From positions 1 through 47,078 of the IMG/VR virus record IMGVR_UViG_3300012971_000026: a stretch of DNA of 47,078 bases; one strand, 5' to 3'. The notes below the pieces were generated by a model, which had not been told where the DNA came from, did no database searches, and saw only the letters and a program-made list of their open reading frames with translations. The translations under genes and the position numbers were made by a program. The DNA is from a virus. Lineage: Duplodnaviria; Caudoviricetes. Positions 24,801 through 34,785 of this stretch are shown piece after piece (positions within the stretch are counted from its first letter, which is position 1; each line of letters opens with the position of its first letter).

Positions 24801-27800
24801 TCATCCCGACGTAATCCGCAAACTGTTCGCGGGCGGAACGATTACCGACGTGTTGCCATCGAACATAGTCTCGCCCGCCGCCGCCAGGACGTGCACATCG
24901 AAGTCGCCCTCGGTGCCGTCATTGAAGATCAATAGGCCGCGCCCCGCGTAGACGTAGAGCGGGGGTAGTTGCACCGTGACGATGTTCGCCGACGTGTCGG
25001 CGCGTAGCGTGTGATCCGTCGCCAGCGCCTCCCACGGCCCCGGATCCGGCCCGATCTCGCGCACCGTGGGCGGCTGGCCGTAGATGTAGATTTCGCGAAA
25101 CACCGCGTACTGCTCATCGGTAATGCGGCCTTGATCGTCCACCAGATACCCGGTTACCAGCGCCACCTTATCCGCAAGGTTCTCGACGCGCAGCCGAAGC
25201 TCGAAGGGGTTCCCCGAGCGCGGCGTCCATAGATCGCTGGTTTCGGTAAAGGTGTCGTAGTCGGCGGCTTCCACGATGACGATGGATTGCGCCGTGGGTA
25301 CCGTGTCCCAGGCGGGCTGCACGGTGATGCGGATATTGGAATTCCCGGTCGCCATCCTGGTTTGTCCCTGGCCCGGGCCGCGCAGCACGCGCACCACGCG
25401 GCCCTGTTCTTCATCGGGGCGCAGGCCGTGGGTTGTGAACTGCTCGCGGGTGATCGGGTTGTCCCACATGGAATCCTCCACCCAATCGGATCCTGCGGCC
25501 GTGGCGATGCTCCGCACGATGAGCACGTCCCCCGGCTCCACGCTATCGGCGGGATCGGCGTAGACGCAATTTGGTGACACCGTGAAGGTGCCGCTCACCG
25601 AATCGAACGCGGTAACCGTGAAGTTCCACAGCGGCGCGGAGCCATCGCTGGCGTCCGCGAGCGCGCTTAGTATTCGGCCCACCCAATTGACGGGGCCGCC
25701 GTCCATCGTGCCCGCGCCGATGAAATCGTTGCATTGGATTTTATTGGGGGCGGTGATGCCCGTCACCAGGACGCCCGCGATCCCCGAGTGCCATACGTGC
25801 TTGGCGGCGATCCGCACGCGGCGGGCCGCGCCCTCGGGTAGCTCCTGCGTCATCGGCGAGATCGGCCCTGCAAAGTTGATCGTTGCGGGTAGCGCGGCTT
25901 CGACCGAACTTTGCAGGGCAATCTGCCTTCTATCGTTGCCTACGTAAAGATCGTACCCCGTCCAGGTTCCGGTTGGCGCGGGCAGGGTTTGAATGACGAG
26001 CTTCTGGTTCGTCAGCCCCGCAGGAATCCAGCGCCCGTTGAGATTGCTCGGCACGGCGGGCTGGCCCGTGGCGTCGTGCTGCGTAATCCCCACGTACACG
26101 GTTTGCGGCCCGGAGAGGGTACCGCCCGCCGCCAGGGTGACGCTGGCGATGCGCGGCTGCACCACTGCGGCGAACTGGTTGATCACCGCGTCGCCGCCCA
26201 CCCAGATGGCAGGCTCCCAGATGCCGTCGCGGGCGATGTTATAGTCCTGCCACAGATCGAATTGGCGCTCCTTCGGATCTGGGTACAGCGGATCGCCGGC
26301 AAATGGCGCGACGTGGTTCGGCATCCACGCGAGGCCCGAAGGCGATTGCAGGACTTCCGGGGGCACTAGATCGGCGGGCACGTCGACCGGCTTACCATTC
26401 GGGTAGTTGTCGAGATCGTACATCGCATCCGTGGTCGCCGACGCGCGCAGATCGATCGAATAATCGGGATTGAGCGTCCACTGCTGCACGCGGCCCTCGC
26501 AGCGCCCCGTGGGCAACCGCGAATGATCCAGGCTGATGATGTCGCCCGCCTTGGTTTGCAGCGCAAGCAGCGTCGTCTGGAATTGCAGGTTACGAGCGTT
26601 GCGCTGCTCCGTCAGCCCGTACCCGCCCAACTCCTCGCGCAGCCGCGTGGTGATAATCCGCGCGCATTGGGATTTGTTGCTCACGCCTACGAAGTTGATC
26701 GTTGACGTAAGGTATTCCGGCGATTGGCCGCTGCCGATAAACCCGGCGTGATCGATGTCGTAAGTCGTGACGGTGTTGAGCGCCCAATCGAACTCCTCAT
26801 CGCCGAACTCGCCCACCAGCCAGTTGAACCCGGGTTGCACCGGGCTGGCCTGCAAGCTCTTATAGAGAATGTTGGCGCGCGTGAAGGCGTTGCTGGTGGC
26901 GATGTCGGGCGGCCCGAGTACGCTCGAATCCCCGCGAATGCCGATCCATAGTTTGCCGTTTACGAAGGTGAAGAAGCCCAGGCAGCAGTTGAGAATCTCC
27001 TGGAGCCAATCCTTCAGCGGCTTCTTCTCCTTGAGCACGCCCCGGAAGGGGAATTGCCGCTCCTGGCCCGTGCCTACCAGCTTGTCGACCATGAGATCGC
27101 AGATGGCCGCCATCTTGATGGCCTGGGCGACATCGAAGTATTGCTCCATCATGGGCGCGGTGATGATGCTCTCGCTCGCCGGATTGCAGCGCAGCCCGAT
27201 TCCCCGCAGGAATACGTTCACGGCTACCCAGACGGTGTTAGACAGCGCGGGGGTGTAGACGCGCGAGCCTGGGGCGGTCCACGTGTAGCCCGCGATCCCG
27301 CCGTCCACCGTCACCGTCATGACGCGATCTGCCACCGGGGCCAGCTGCAGGCCCGCCTGATCGGTGCGGCGGATCTCGGCGAACGCGAGGCCGCCCGCGT
27401 AGGTTGCGCCTGCGGGCACCACGCCCCAGGGCGCTTGATCCAGCCCGAAAAAATCGCCCGTGTTCGCGGGATCCGTTCCGGCGATGCCGCGCCACCCGCC
27501 GCCCCGGTAGGGATCATGCGGCGGCTGGTTGTCCAACTGGTGCCGCAGCAGGTTCGGATCGTAACCCGAGATCGGGCCTTCCCCGACGATGCCGAGCGCC
27601 GAGTAGTAATCGCTCTCGTCGCGGCCCATCGCCACGTCGCAGGTTATCTTCATCGGCTCGTCGGTGTAGATTTCCTGGATGGGCCGCTGATAGATGGTGT
27701 CCTGGGCAATCGAAACGCTGGTGATGGCGGAGCGCCCGAAGCCCCATACCCCGGTGGAATTGTCTTTGATGTGAACCGTCTGCGGCTGCGCCACCACGCC

Positions 27801-28796
27801 GCCGAAGGAATGCGGCACGCCGCGCGCCACGCAGGAATCGTAATCCTTGGGGCAGTCGGGATAGCTCGACGTGGATGGGCAGAAGCGGCCCTTATAGACT
27901 TTCCAGCAGGTGCGGCTGACGTTGCGCGACGGGTAGCCAAGCGCAAGTTCGAAGACTCCATCGCTCGCCGGCAGATTAAACTGGCCGCTCGAATCCATGG
28001 CCCAGGGCCGCGCGTACCCGCCCCACAACTGGATCAGATAGCCGCTGTTGACGTGGAATAGCCAGAAGGCAATCCGCGCGCGCAGCAGGTTTACCGAGTT
28101 GCCGTACTGCACGAATACATCGTCTGCGTTGCCAAAACTGAAGCTCGCGCTGTCGCTGGCCTCGCCGAGCGTCTGGGAGATCCCGCTCCAGTCGATTAGC
28201 CGCGGCAAGTACAACTGCTGCGGAATCCCGGGCGCGGAGAAGTTGCAGCGCTGGTTTGAAAGGTAAACGGGGTTGGAACCGTCGCGCGGATAGATGTTGA
28301 TCAGCGGTACGATCTTCTGCACCTGGGCGGCCAGCGCCGCTGAGAGCGCGGTGTCGGGGAAGCGCTGCACGACGTTGGTAGCGATGTAGTTCGGCGTGGT
28401 GCTCGGAACTTCGAGCAGCGTCACCCCGGAAGTCGAAGCCAGCAGGCCCACCATTTGATCGATGGAGAGGTTGGGATTCTCGTAGCGCGCCGTCAGGAGA
28501 CGGACGCCATCGGGGAACACGTGCGGATAAATGAACGATGCATACTGGCCCTGGGCCTGCTGCCAGTGCGCCTTCAGTGCATCGTACTCGCTGCAGGACA
28601 GCCGATCCTTCTGCACGCGAAAGCGCCTAGCCCCGCTGCCCAGGATGTAGCGCTGCTCCGTTTTCAACCCGGGTTGATCGAATACGTGAATCGCCACGGG
28701 CGGATCGAGGTCCGCGCCCGTGTGGTAGTCGCCCTGGAAGGGGAATTGAGAAATGAAGGGCGGATCGGGAATCGGAATGGTGCCCAGGTAATCCAC
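24801..28796 (-). CDS. Large tail hub / central tail tip protein
   Basis: GTG 28796 (TAGTG overlap, GGAGG RBS); C-x8-C-x8-C-x6-C motif; LGIVGEGPI and tail-tip-like core. Confidence 0.8.
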   Translation of the reverse strand: MDYLGTIPIPDPPFISQFPFQGDYHTGADLDPPVAIHVFDQPGLKTEQRYILGSGARRFRVQKDRLSCSEYDALKAHWQQAQGQYASFIYPHVFPDGVRLLTARYENPNLSIDQMVGLLASTSGVTLLEVPSTTPNYIATNVVQRFPDTALSAALAAQVQKIVPLINIYPRDGSNPVYLSNQRCNFSAPGIPQQLYLPRLIDWSGISQTLGEASDSASFSFGNADDVFVQYGNSVNLLRARIAFWLFHVNSGYLIQLWGGYARPWAMDSSGQFNLPASDGVFELALGYPSRNVSRTCWKVYKGRFCPSTSSYPDCPKDYDSCVARGVPHSFGGVVAQPQTVHIKDNSTGVWGFGRSAITSVSIAQDTIYQRPIQEIYTDEPMKITCDVAMGRDESDYYSALGIVGEGPISGYDPNLLRHQLDNQPPHDPYRGGGWRGIAGTDPANTGDFFGLDQAPWGVVPAGATYAGGLAFAEIRRTDQAGLQLAPVADRVMTVTVDGGIAGYTWTAPGSRVYTPALSNTVWVAVNVFLRGIGLRCNPASESIITAPMMEQYFDVAQAIKMAAICDLMVDKLVGTGQERQFPFRGVLKEKKPLKDWLQEILNCCLGFFTFVNGKLWIGIRGDSSVLGPPDIATSNAFTRANILYKSLQASPVQPGFNWLVGEFGDEEFDWALNTVTTYDIDHAGFIGSGQSPEYLTSTINFVGVSNKSQCARIITTRLREELGGYGLTEQRNARNLQFQTTLLALQTKAGDIISLDHSRLPTGRCEGRVQQWTLNPDYSIDLRASATTDAMYDLDNYPNGKPVDVPADLVPPEVLQSPSGLAWMPNHVAPFAGDPLYPDPKERQFDLWQDYNIARDGIWEPAIWVGGDAVINQFAAVVQPRIASVTLAAGGTLSGPQTVYVGITQHDATGQPAVPSNLNGRWIPAGLTNQKLVIQTLPAPTGTWTGYDLYVGNDRRQIALQSSVEAALPATINFAGPISPMTQELPEGAARRVRIAAKHVWHSGIAGVLVTGITAPNKIQCNDFIGAGTMDGGPVNWVGRILSALADASDGSAPLWNFTVTAFDSVSGTFTVSPNCVYADPADSVEPGDVLIVRSIATAAGSDWVEDSMWDNPITREQFTTHGLRPDEEQGRVVRVLRGPGQGQTRMATGNSNIRITVQPAWDTVPTAQSIVIVEAADYDTFTETSDLWTPRSGNPFELRLRVENLADKVALVTGYLVDDQGRITDEQYAVFREIYIYGQPPTVREIGPDPGPWEALATDHTLRADTSANIVTVQLPPLYVYAGRGLLIFNDGTEGDFDVHVLAAAGETMFDGNTSVIVPPANSLRITSG

Positions 28797-29191
28797 TAGG
28801 CCACCTCCCGCAGCGCCAGGGAGACGCTGGAACGCCCGAGCATGATCTCTTCGCTCCACGGGCCATCGAACACCACCACGTAGCGGCCTATGGTTTGCGC
28901 GCCGCTTGAATCCCAGGTGAAGGGCGGCACCGTCTCCCGCAGGTTGTAGAAATAGAACGGATCGCCCCGGTGGGCGTTGAAGAAGTTAAAGAGCGCGGTG
29001 TACTGCGCCACGGTAACGGGCCGCGTGCACTTGAAGAAGTGGCGCGGGTTCTGCGCCAGGGCGGCCCGGTCGCTGCTGCCGTCCGGGTAGCTATTGACGA
29101 GCGCTTCGAGGCGCATCTCTTCCGTAAAGGCCGAGCACAGGCCGAAGGGCATTACATCGGTGGGGGCGGCAGGGGTTACATTACCCGGCAA
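28796..29191 (-). CDS. Distal tail protein (gpM-like)
   Basis: 131 aa following the tape measure gene; FF.AH.G.PF.F pattern; AAGGAGG RBS. Confidence 0.7.
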   Translation of the reverse strand: MPGNVTPAAPTDVMPFGLCSAFTEEMRLEALVNSYPDGSSDRAALAQNPRHFFKCTRPVTVAQYTALFNFFNAHRGDPFYFYNLRETVPPFTWDSSGAQTIGRYVVVFDGPWSEEIMLGRSSVSLALREVA

Positions 29192-29256
29192 TGCGGCCCT
29201 CCTTGGGGTGAAATTCGGCAGACGATGCGCGGGCGCGGTGGGTACCCTGGGAGTGT

Positions 29257-29757
29257 ATGGAAGGAAACGAACGTAACGACGCGCTGGCGGCCTTTGTGGT
29301 GCTCGGGATCCTGGCCCTGGGCGCTTTCTTCTTTGTGCGGGAAGCCAACAGGCCAGCGCCCATCAAGCGCGCGGCGGCCCCGGTGGCGGCCTCGGAGCGC
29401 ATCGGTAGGGTGTACCGCGCGCGGTTCCAGTTTCTGATGCCGTGCGAACTAACCGCTGAGAACGTCGCCCTGGCCGAGCGGCTCACGCAAGAAGCGCTGC
29501 GCGCACCCACCGAAGAAACCGCCAGCGGGATTACTACCGCGATAGCGCTGAACCAAGTAGCGATGGTGCGCAAGGATGATCGGGTACGCGTTACCGACGA
29601 GCGCGAGGGCCTTTCGAAGTTTGCGAACCTCTCCCATCCCGAAATGCCGGAAGCCTGGGCTTCTCTGGAGTTTTTCATCGAGTCACCGTCATCGGCTCCG
29701 TCAGGGCGGAAGCCTGCGCCAGCCGCGAATCCCCTGCCCGCGCGGCCTGCGCGTTAG
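29257..29757 (+). CDS. Membrane-anchored protein on the opposite strand (moron-like)
   Basis: Single TM segment ALAAFVVLGILALGAFFFV; fills the gap between tape measure and distal tail genes. Confidence 0.65.
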   Translation: MEGNERNDALAAFVVLGILALGAFFFVREANRPAPIKRAAAPVAASERIGRVYRARFQFLMPCELTAENVALAERLTQEALRAPTEETASGITTAIALNQVAMVRKDDRVRVTDEREGLSKFANLSHPEMPEAWASLEFFIESPSSAPSGRKPAPAANPLPARPAR

Positions 29758-32700
29758 CCTGCGCCACCGTCCCCGGATTCCCCGAGATAACCTGCGTCAC
29801 CCGGCCCTCGAAGAGATCCTGGGCCTGCTGCGGATTCAATTGCATGTAGACAGCGGGCGAACCATAAAGCTGGTTTGTCAGTTGCGATGTGGTGATCCCC
29901 GTGTAGGGGCTTGGCACCAGCTGCCCGCCCTGATACACGGGCTGAAGCTGCAAGCCGCCCGCTTGCGACTGCGCGAACGCCGCGGAATACATCGGGCGTG
30001 GCACGCCGCCCAGGCCCTGGCCCGTGGAGAGCGCGTATAGGCGAACGATGTCCTGCACGTCCTGGGAATAGATCCCAACCGAGACGCTGCCGCCGTAGCG
30101 CTGACTGATCACATCCGCAATTTGCTTCAGGATCCCCTTGTCTTTAATGTCTACGCTGTACACCCGCTTAATTTCGTCGTGCACGCGCTGCTGCATAGAG
30201 GGAATGCCCAACCGGATCAGGCCCGCGATCCCGCCCACCGCCGCGCCGATGGCCGCGCCCGCCAGGGTGCCCAGGCCCGGGAAGATGGCGGTACCGATGA
30301 CGGCGCCTGCCAACGCCCCGCCGCCCGCGCTCATCGCCGCCCCGATCTTGCCCCCGCGCATCAAGCCCGCCGCCGCGATACCGATGCCCGCGCCGAGCAG
30401 CCCGCCGCCCAGGTAGGTTAGCCCGAGCGCGGGAACCATCCCGGCCAGCCCCACGCCCGCCAGCGCGCTGCCCGCGATCCCCTGCGCGCCCCCGCTGACG
30501 CCGCCGCGCTGGAAACCGGAGATCGCCAGCATGCTGCCCATGCCAAACGCCATCTGCATGGCCCCGGGCGATGTCAGGATCGCGCCCAAGCGCTCCTTGC
30601 CCGTGGCCGACGCCCAGGGAACCGTGTGCACGTTGCCGAAATCATCGATCCGGTTTACGGGCTGGCCGATGTTGAAGGTCCGTTGCAGGTTCTGCATGGA
30701 GCGCTGCAGGGACGCCCGCTGCTGCTGCGCCTGGGGCGCTGCGGCTGCTGCTACAGCGCCGCTGGTGTCGGCCCCGGAAGTCCACACCTTGCGGTTGTAC
30801 TCGGCATCGTCCGCCATGCGGCCCGCGCTGCCCGTGGCTGACACCTGGGCCTCGGCTGCGGCCTGCTGCTGCGCTTGGCGGATTTGCGGCCCGACTACCG
30901 TATCCAGCATCCGATTGAGACTCAGCCCGCCGCCGCCCGTGTACGGTGCCATTAGGCCGCTGCCCACGCCGCCGCCGATAGGCAGCATCTCCGGTAACCC
31001 GGCCCCGCCCAGGCCTGCGGGTGAAGGCGGCTCGTAGATTCCCGTGATCCCGCGCTTGAACGTGTACGGCCCGTACCCGAACAGCGATGCAATGCCGGCC
31101 GCCAGTCGGCTGGTGACGATCTCTTTCATGGCGTTAAGAATCGCCGTCTTGAGTGCGTTACCGATGCTGGCCCACACGCTTTTGCTGCGATCCATCAAGG
31201 CGTCCCAAACCTTATCGAGCGCGCCCTTGACGCCTTCGTATACGCGCTTCTGCTCGGCGATGATGGCGTCGTTCGATTCCTTCCATAGCTGGATGCGGTC
31301 CAGGTTGATCTCCACGTTGGCCGCGTGCTCCAGTTGCGTGCGCGTGTGAACGAACTTCGCGTACTCTTCTTCGATGGATTGGGTAGCGCCAGGGTGCTGC
31401 TGCCGGAAGTATTCGTACTCGGCCCTGGCCGCCGCGATGCGGGCATCCCGCGTTCTCACGGTGGCGTCTACCTGCGCCTGATACATCTCCCGCATCTGCT
31501 GCAGGCGCGCGGGGAGGCTTTCGGGTTGCGCCGCGCCGAGTTGCGCCATCCGCATCTGCCGGGTTTGGTCGATGAAGTCGATTTCATCCTGCAGCCGCTC
31601 GTCGGCCTGCTGCTTGCGTTGCTGCTCCAGCAGCGCGTTGGCCCGGGCCTCGCTGTCGATGCGGTGGAGCGCCACCTTGTCATCGGCGAGCGCGTTCTCC
31701 TTGACGCGGTTCTCGTTGGCATCGTCCTGGAGCGCCTTGATCTTGCTCGCCAGATAGACGGCCTCGGCGATCCCGTGGGGCGTGACGGCGCGGATCCCCT
31801 CGATCTGCTTATCCGTCACCTGCTTGGTCGCTTCGTTTTTCAGGTAAGTCTGCTCGCGGATCTGGCGTTCCTCGGCGGCGGCTTCCAGGCGCAGCAGGGC
31901 CACGCGGCCCGCGAAGGTATCATCCGGTGTCACCTGGGCCTGGGCGACTTCGATGCGGCGTTGGATCGCGAGGGTTTCCTGGACCGCCTTCTCGTTTTCC
32001 TTCTTAAGCTCCTCGTGGCGCTTTTTTACCTCGGTGTCGATGTCTTCCAGGAACGCCTGCCGCACCATGGCGGCGGCCTTCTTCCCGCCCGCGACTACAT
32101 CCCGGTAATGCTGCTCGTAGGCGTAGGTGAGCGCGGCGATGCTTTCCTTGCCGATGAGCAGGTTGCGGCGGCGCGACTCGTCCAGGAGATCGCTGGCCTT
32201 CTTGATGGCCTGCTCCCGCTTGGCCTCGTCCTCGGCGAGCAGGGCTTCCTCTTTCGCTTGCAGGCCCCGCATGGTGGCGATTAGTTTCGTCAAATCTTCC
32301 GTCGATTTGGCGAAGAACGAACCACCGCCCTGGAAGCCCACCTTCTGCTGGTTCGCGGCGCTCAACGTCCGCGCCAGATCCTCCGCTTGGTAGGCGAGCT
32401 TTGCCCGCGCGCGCTGGTCCCGGTACATCTGCGCGTTGGCATCGTCGCTGTCCGAAGCCGCGCCGCGCGCCGCCGTCACCAGCGCCCAGGCGGCGGCGAT
32501 GGCCAGCAATTCCGGTAGGATCGGCAGGAGTACCGCCATCAGGCCCCCGGCTGCTCCGGTAAGCCCCGTCAGCCCCACACCGATGGCGTCCAGCCCGTTC
32601 ACCACCACACCGGAAGTAATCACCTTGAAAGCGATACCGATCTCGCCTATGGCGGCGGCGGCCTTCATTGCGGCCGGAACGATCCATGTCAGCATTCCCG

Positions 32701-33664
32701 GCAGCGCGTTCCAGAGCAGCATCGCCGACGATACAGCCTTCGCCGCCACCGCCACCAGGAGCAGCGTTTCCGCCAGGGTGCGCAGCCATTCCGGCCACGA
32801 TTGAAAGGCCCGCATTACATCCTGTACCGTGTCGAGCAATCCGCGCAGGGCCTTGACGACGGAGATCAACGCCGGGGTAAGCGTCGTCATCAGTTCCTCG
32901 GCGAGGCGCGCGGCATCGTTGCGCAGGAGATTGAATTGCGCGCTCGGCAATTGCTCCAGGCGCGCGGCCCCGGCCCCGGCGCTCTGCTGCTGCGCGAAGT
33001 CGAGGATGCTGCGTAGCACCGGGCGCGCGTTCAGCAAGCGGGTATCCTCGTAAAACTTCTGCGCGCTCACGTGTAGCTTGTCGAGCACCACCTGCACGGG
33101 TTGCAGCCCGATCTCGCGGAACGCCGTCAACTCCCTTCCGGTGATCTTCTGCTTCGTCCAGATGTTGGCGAAGGTTTCGGCGGCCCGCGTCAGCCCCGCT
33201 TGGCTCGCGCCCGCGTAGGCCGCCTGATCCGCGAGGATCTTCAAGGCGCGGCTGATCTCGCCGATGGGTACCCCCGCGTTCTTAAGCGCGTTGGCGTTGT
33301 TGGCAACATCTTGGAAGGCGAAGCCCGTCTGCTCGGCCACCTGCCGCAAGTTGTTCCAGGCGTCGATGCCATCCTTGACGTTGGCGAAGCCCAGGCGTAC
33401 CCGGATCAGCTCGTCGCCCAACATGGCGACCTCGCGCACCACGTGGGCGATGCTCAGCCCGATCAGCGATTGCGCCAGGGAATCGATAGCCGTACGCGCC
33501 TGATCCACCGTGACGCTGAAACCCTTCACGCCCTGCGAGGCCTGCGCGGTGGCCTGATTCGATGTATTGGCGATGCTTTGGATGTTCTGGTTGAGCGTCG
33601 TGATGGCCGCGTTGGCGCTCTGGCTTTGGAAGTCTACCTGGATGTAGATTTGATTCGCGGCCAT
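29675..33664 (-). CDS. Tape measure protein
   Basis: 1329 aa, Ala/Gln-rich helical with hydrophobic Gly-rich segments; follows the tail chaperones. Confidence 0.92.
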   Translation of the reverse strand: MAANQIYIQVDFQSQSANAAITTLNQNIQSIANTSNQATAQASQGVKGFSVTVDQARTAIDSLAQSLIGLSIAHVVREVAMLGDELIRVRLGFANVKDGIDAWNNLRQVAEQTGFAFQDVANNANALKNAGVPIGEISRALKILADQAAYAGASQAGLTRAAETFANIWTKQKITGRELTAFREIGLQPVQVVLDKLHVSAQKFYEDTRLLNARPVLRSILDFAQQQSAGAGAARLEQLPSAQFNLLRNDAARLAEELMTTLTPALISVVKALRGLLDTVQDVMRAFQSWPEWLRTLAETLLLVAVAAKAVSSAMLLWNALPGMLTWIVPAAMKAAAAIGEIGIAFKVITSGVVVNGLDAIGVGLTGLTGAAGGLMAVLLPILPELLAIAAAWALVTAARGAASDSDDANAQMYRDQRARAKLAYQAEDLARTLSAANQQKVGFQGGGSFFAKSTEDLTKLIATMRGLQAKEEALLAEDEAKREQAIKKASDLLDESRRRNLLIGKESIAALTYAYEQHYRDVVAGGKKAAAMVRQAFLEDIDTEVKKRHEELKKENEKAVQETLAIQRRIEVAQAQVTPDDTFAGRVALLRLEAAAEERQIREQTYLKNEATKQVTDKQIEGIRAVTPHGIAEAVYLASKIKALQDDANENRVKENALADDKVALHRIDSEARANALLEQQRKQQADERLQDEIDFIDQTRQMRMAQLGAAQPESLPARLQQMREMYQAQVDATVRTRDARIAAARAEYEYFRQQHPGATQSIEEEYAKFVHTRTQLEHAANVEINLDRIQLWKESNDAIIAEQKRVYEGVKGALDKVWDALMDRSKSVWASIGNALKTAILNAMKEIVTSRLAAGIASLFGYGPYTFKRGITGIYEPPSPAGLGGAGLPEMLPIGGGVGSGLMAPYTGGGGLSLNRMLDTVVGPQIRQAQQQAAAEAQVSATGSAGRMADDAEYNRKVWTSGADTSGAVAAAAAPQAQQQRASLQRSMQNLQRTFNIGQPVNRIDDFGNVHTVPWASATGKERLGAILTSPGAMQMAFGMGSMLAISGFQRGGVSGGAQGIAGSALAGVGLAGMVPALGLTYLGGGLLGAGIGIAAAGLMRGGKIGAAMSAGGGALAGAVIGTAIFPGLGTLAGAAIGAAVGGIAGLIRLGIPSMQQRVHDEIKRVYSVDIKDKGILKQIADVISQRYGGSVSVGIYSQDVQDIVRLYALSTGQGLGGVPRPMYSAAFAQSQAGGLQLQPVYQGGQLVPSPYTGITTSQLTNQLYGSPAVYMQLNPQQAQDLFEGRVTQVISGNPGTVAQANAQAARAGDSRLAQASALTEPMTVTR

Positions 33665-34027
33665 CTACTTGCCCCCGGGAGGTTTGCGAAGTTGCTCGGT
33701 TTCGTAGCGGGTGCGTTCATCCGCCAGTTGGCGCAGGAGCAGGAACACATGGTACGGGATCCGGCTGAGCGGGATCGTGATCCCCGCCTGAAGCGCGAAG
33801 TCGAGATCGATGACGACTGACATCAGACGGCCTCCAGGCGACGCCAAATAATCGCGTAGGCCCTGCGCCGGGCATCCCTCGCACGGCAAAGCGGAAGGCC
33901 CTGCGAGCGGCTCCGCGATCAGGACTTCCGGGCACTCCGGGGGGCTTGGACAAAGCTCCTTCTGCCGGAGCAGTCGATGGAATATAAAACGCGGTGACGG
34001 CTGCTCCGGCCAATCCCCGCCGCTTAA
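33665..34027 (-). CDS. gpT-like extension of the tail chaperone, reached by -1 frameshift
   Basis: The -1 frame is open from TTTTTAA (34024-34030) to the TAG at 33665, directly before the tape measure ATG. Confidence 0.75.
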   Translation of the reverse strand, partial: LSGGDWPEQPSPRFIFHRLLRQKELCPSPPECPEVLIAEPLAGPSALPCEGCPAQGLRDYLASPGGRLMSVVIDLDFALQAGITIPLSRIPYHVFLLLRQLADERTRYETEQLRKPPGGK

Positions 34028-34623
34028 AAACTGGTGTCGTCATCGCTCGGCCCCAGGCGCTGCTCCACGAACTCGCTGGCGGCGCGCACGGCCTCGGCTT
34101 TATGCGGCCCGGGGATGGCGGCGGCGTAACCCTCGGCCTTGCCCTCGCACGCATCCCAGATGCGCGCGCCGCTCTCGGTGGAGTAGGCGATCTCCTGTTG
34201 GTTGAAGGGTAGCTCCACCAGACGGAACGACGCGGTACGGTTCTCGAGTATTTGATCGGCGGTGGGGACTTTCAAGCGGTGCACTACCTCGCCCCCCGGG
34301 ACGTTCATCCGCACCGTGGCTTCGTTGCCTTCGATCTCCACGCCGAGCACGGTGCACTGCCCCAGGGCTTCGAGCACCATGCTGGCCTCGGCGGCGCTCA
34401 GCGGCGGCGTTCCGTTTATGCAGATCGCGCCATACAGCTTTAGATCCGGCTCGCCGGGTTTGGGCGGCTCGGTGAGGCTCTTGCCCCGGCCCAGGCGCCG
34501 TGTGATGAATTTGCGCGCGCGGCTACGGGCGTTCCATTCGGCATCCGTGGGAAAGCGAAGATGCAGCTTCCCGCCGATGCGTGCCGGCGCGTCGATGGTG
34601 ATTTCTGCGTTTGTATCGAACAT
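34024..34623 (-). CDS. Tail assembly chaperone (gpG-like)
   Basis: 199 aa between tail tube and tape measure genes; ends AGT TTT TAA. Confidence 0.8.
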   Translation of the reverse strand: MFDTNAEITIDAPARIGGKLHLRFPTDAEWNARSRARKFITRRLGRGKSLTEPPKPGEPDLKLYGAICINGTPPLSAAEASMVLEALGQCTVLGVEIEGNEATVRMNVPGGEVVHRLKVPTADQILENRTASFRLVELPFNQQEIAYSTESGARIWDACEGKAEGYAAAIPGPHKAEAVRAASEFVEQRLGPSDDDTSF

Positions 34624-34627
34624 GCTT

Positions 34628-34774
34628 TTACGTCCTGAGAAGGTAAATGATCATCACGAAGGTTAGGCCGACGCACGCCCAATTGAGGCGCGGCAGCCGC
34701 ACGCTTTGCGGCTCCACAATTCCGATCAGGAACGCCAGCAGGGCCAGAATCGCTAGGATGACGGTAAGCGGCAT
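34628..34774 (-). CDS. 48-aa protein with two hydrophobic segments (holin-like or moron)
   Basis: MPLTVILAILALLAFLIGIV...WACVGLTFVMIIYLLRT; AAGGAG RBS. Confidence 0.65.
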   Translation of the reverse strand: MPLTVILAILALLAFLIGIVEPQSVRLPRLNWACVGLTFVMIIYLLRT

Positions 34775-34785
34775 AAGGTGTCTCC

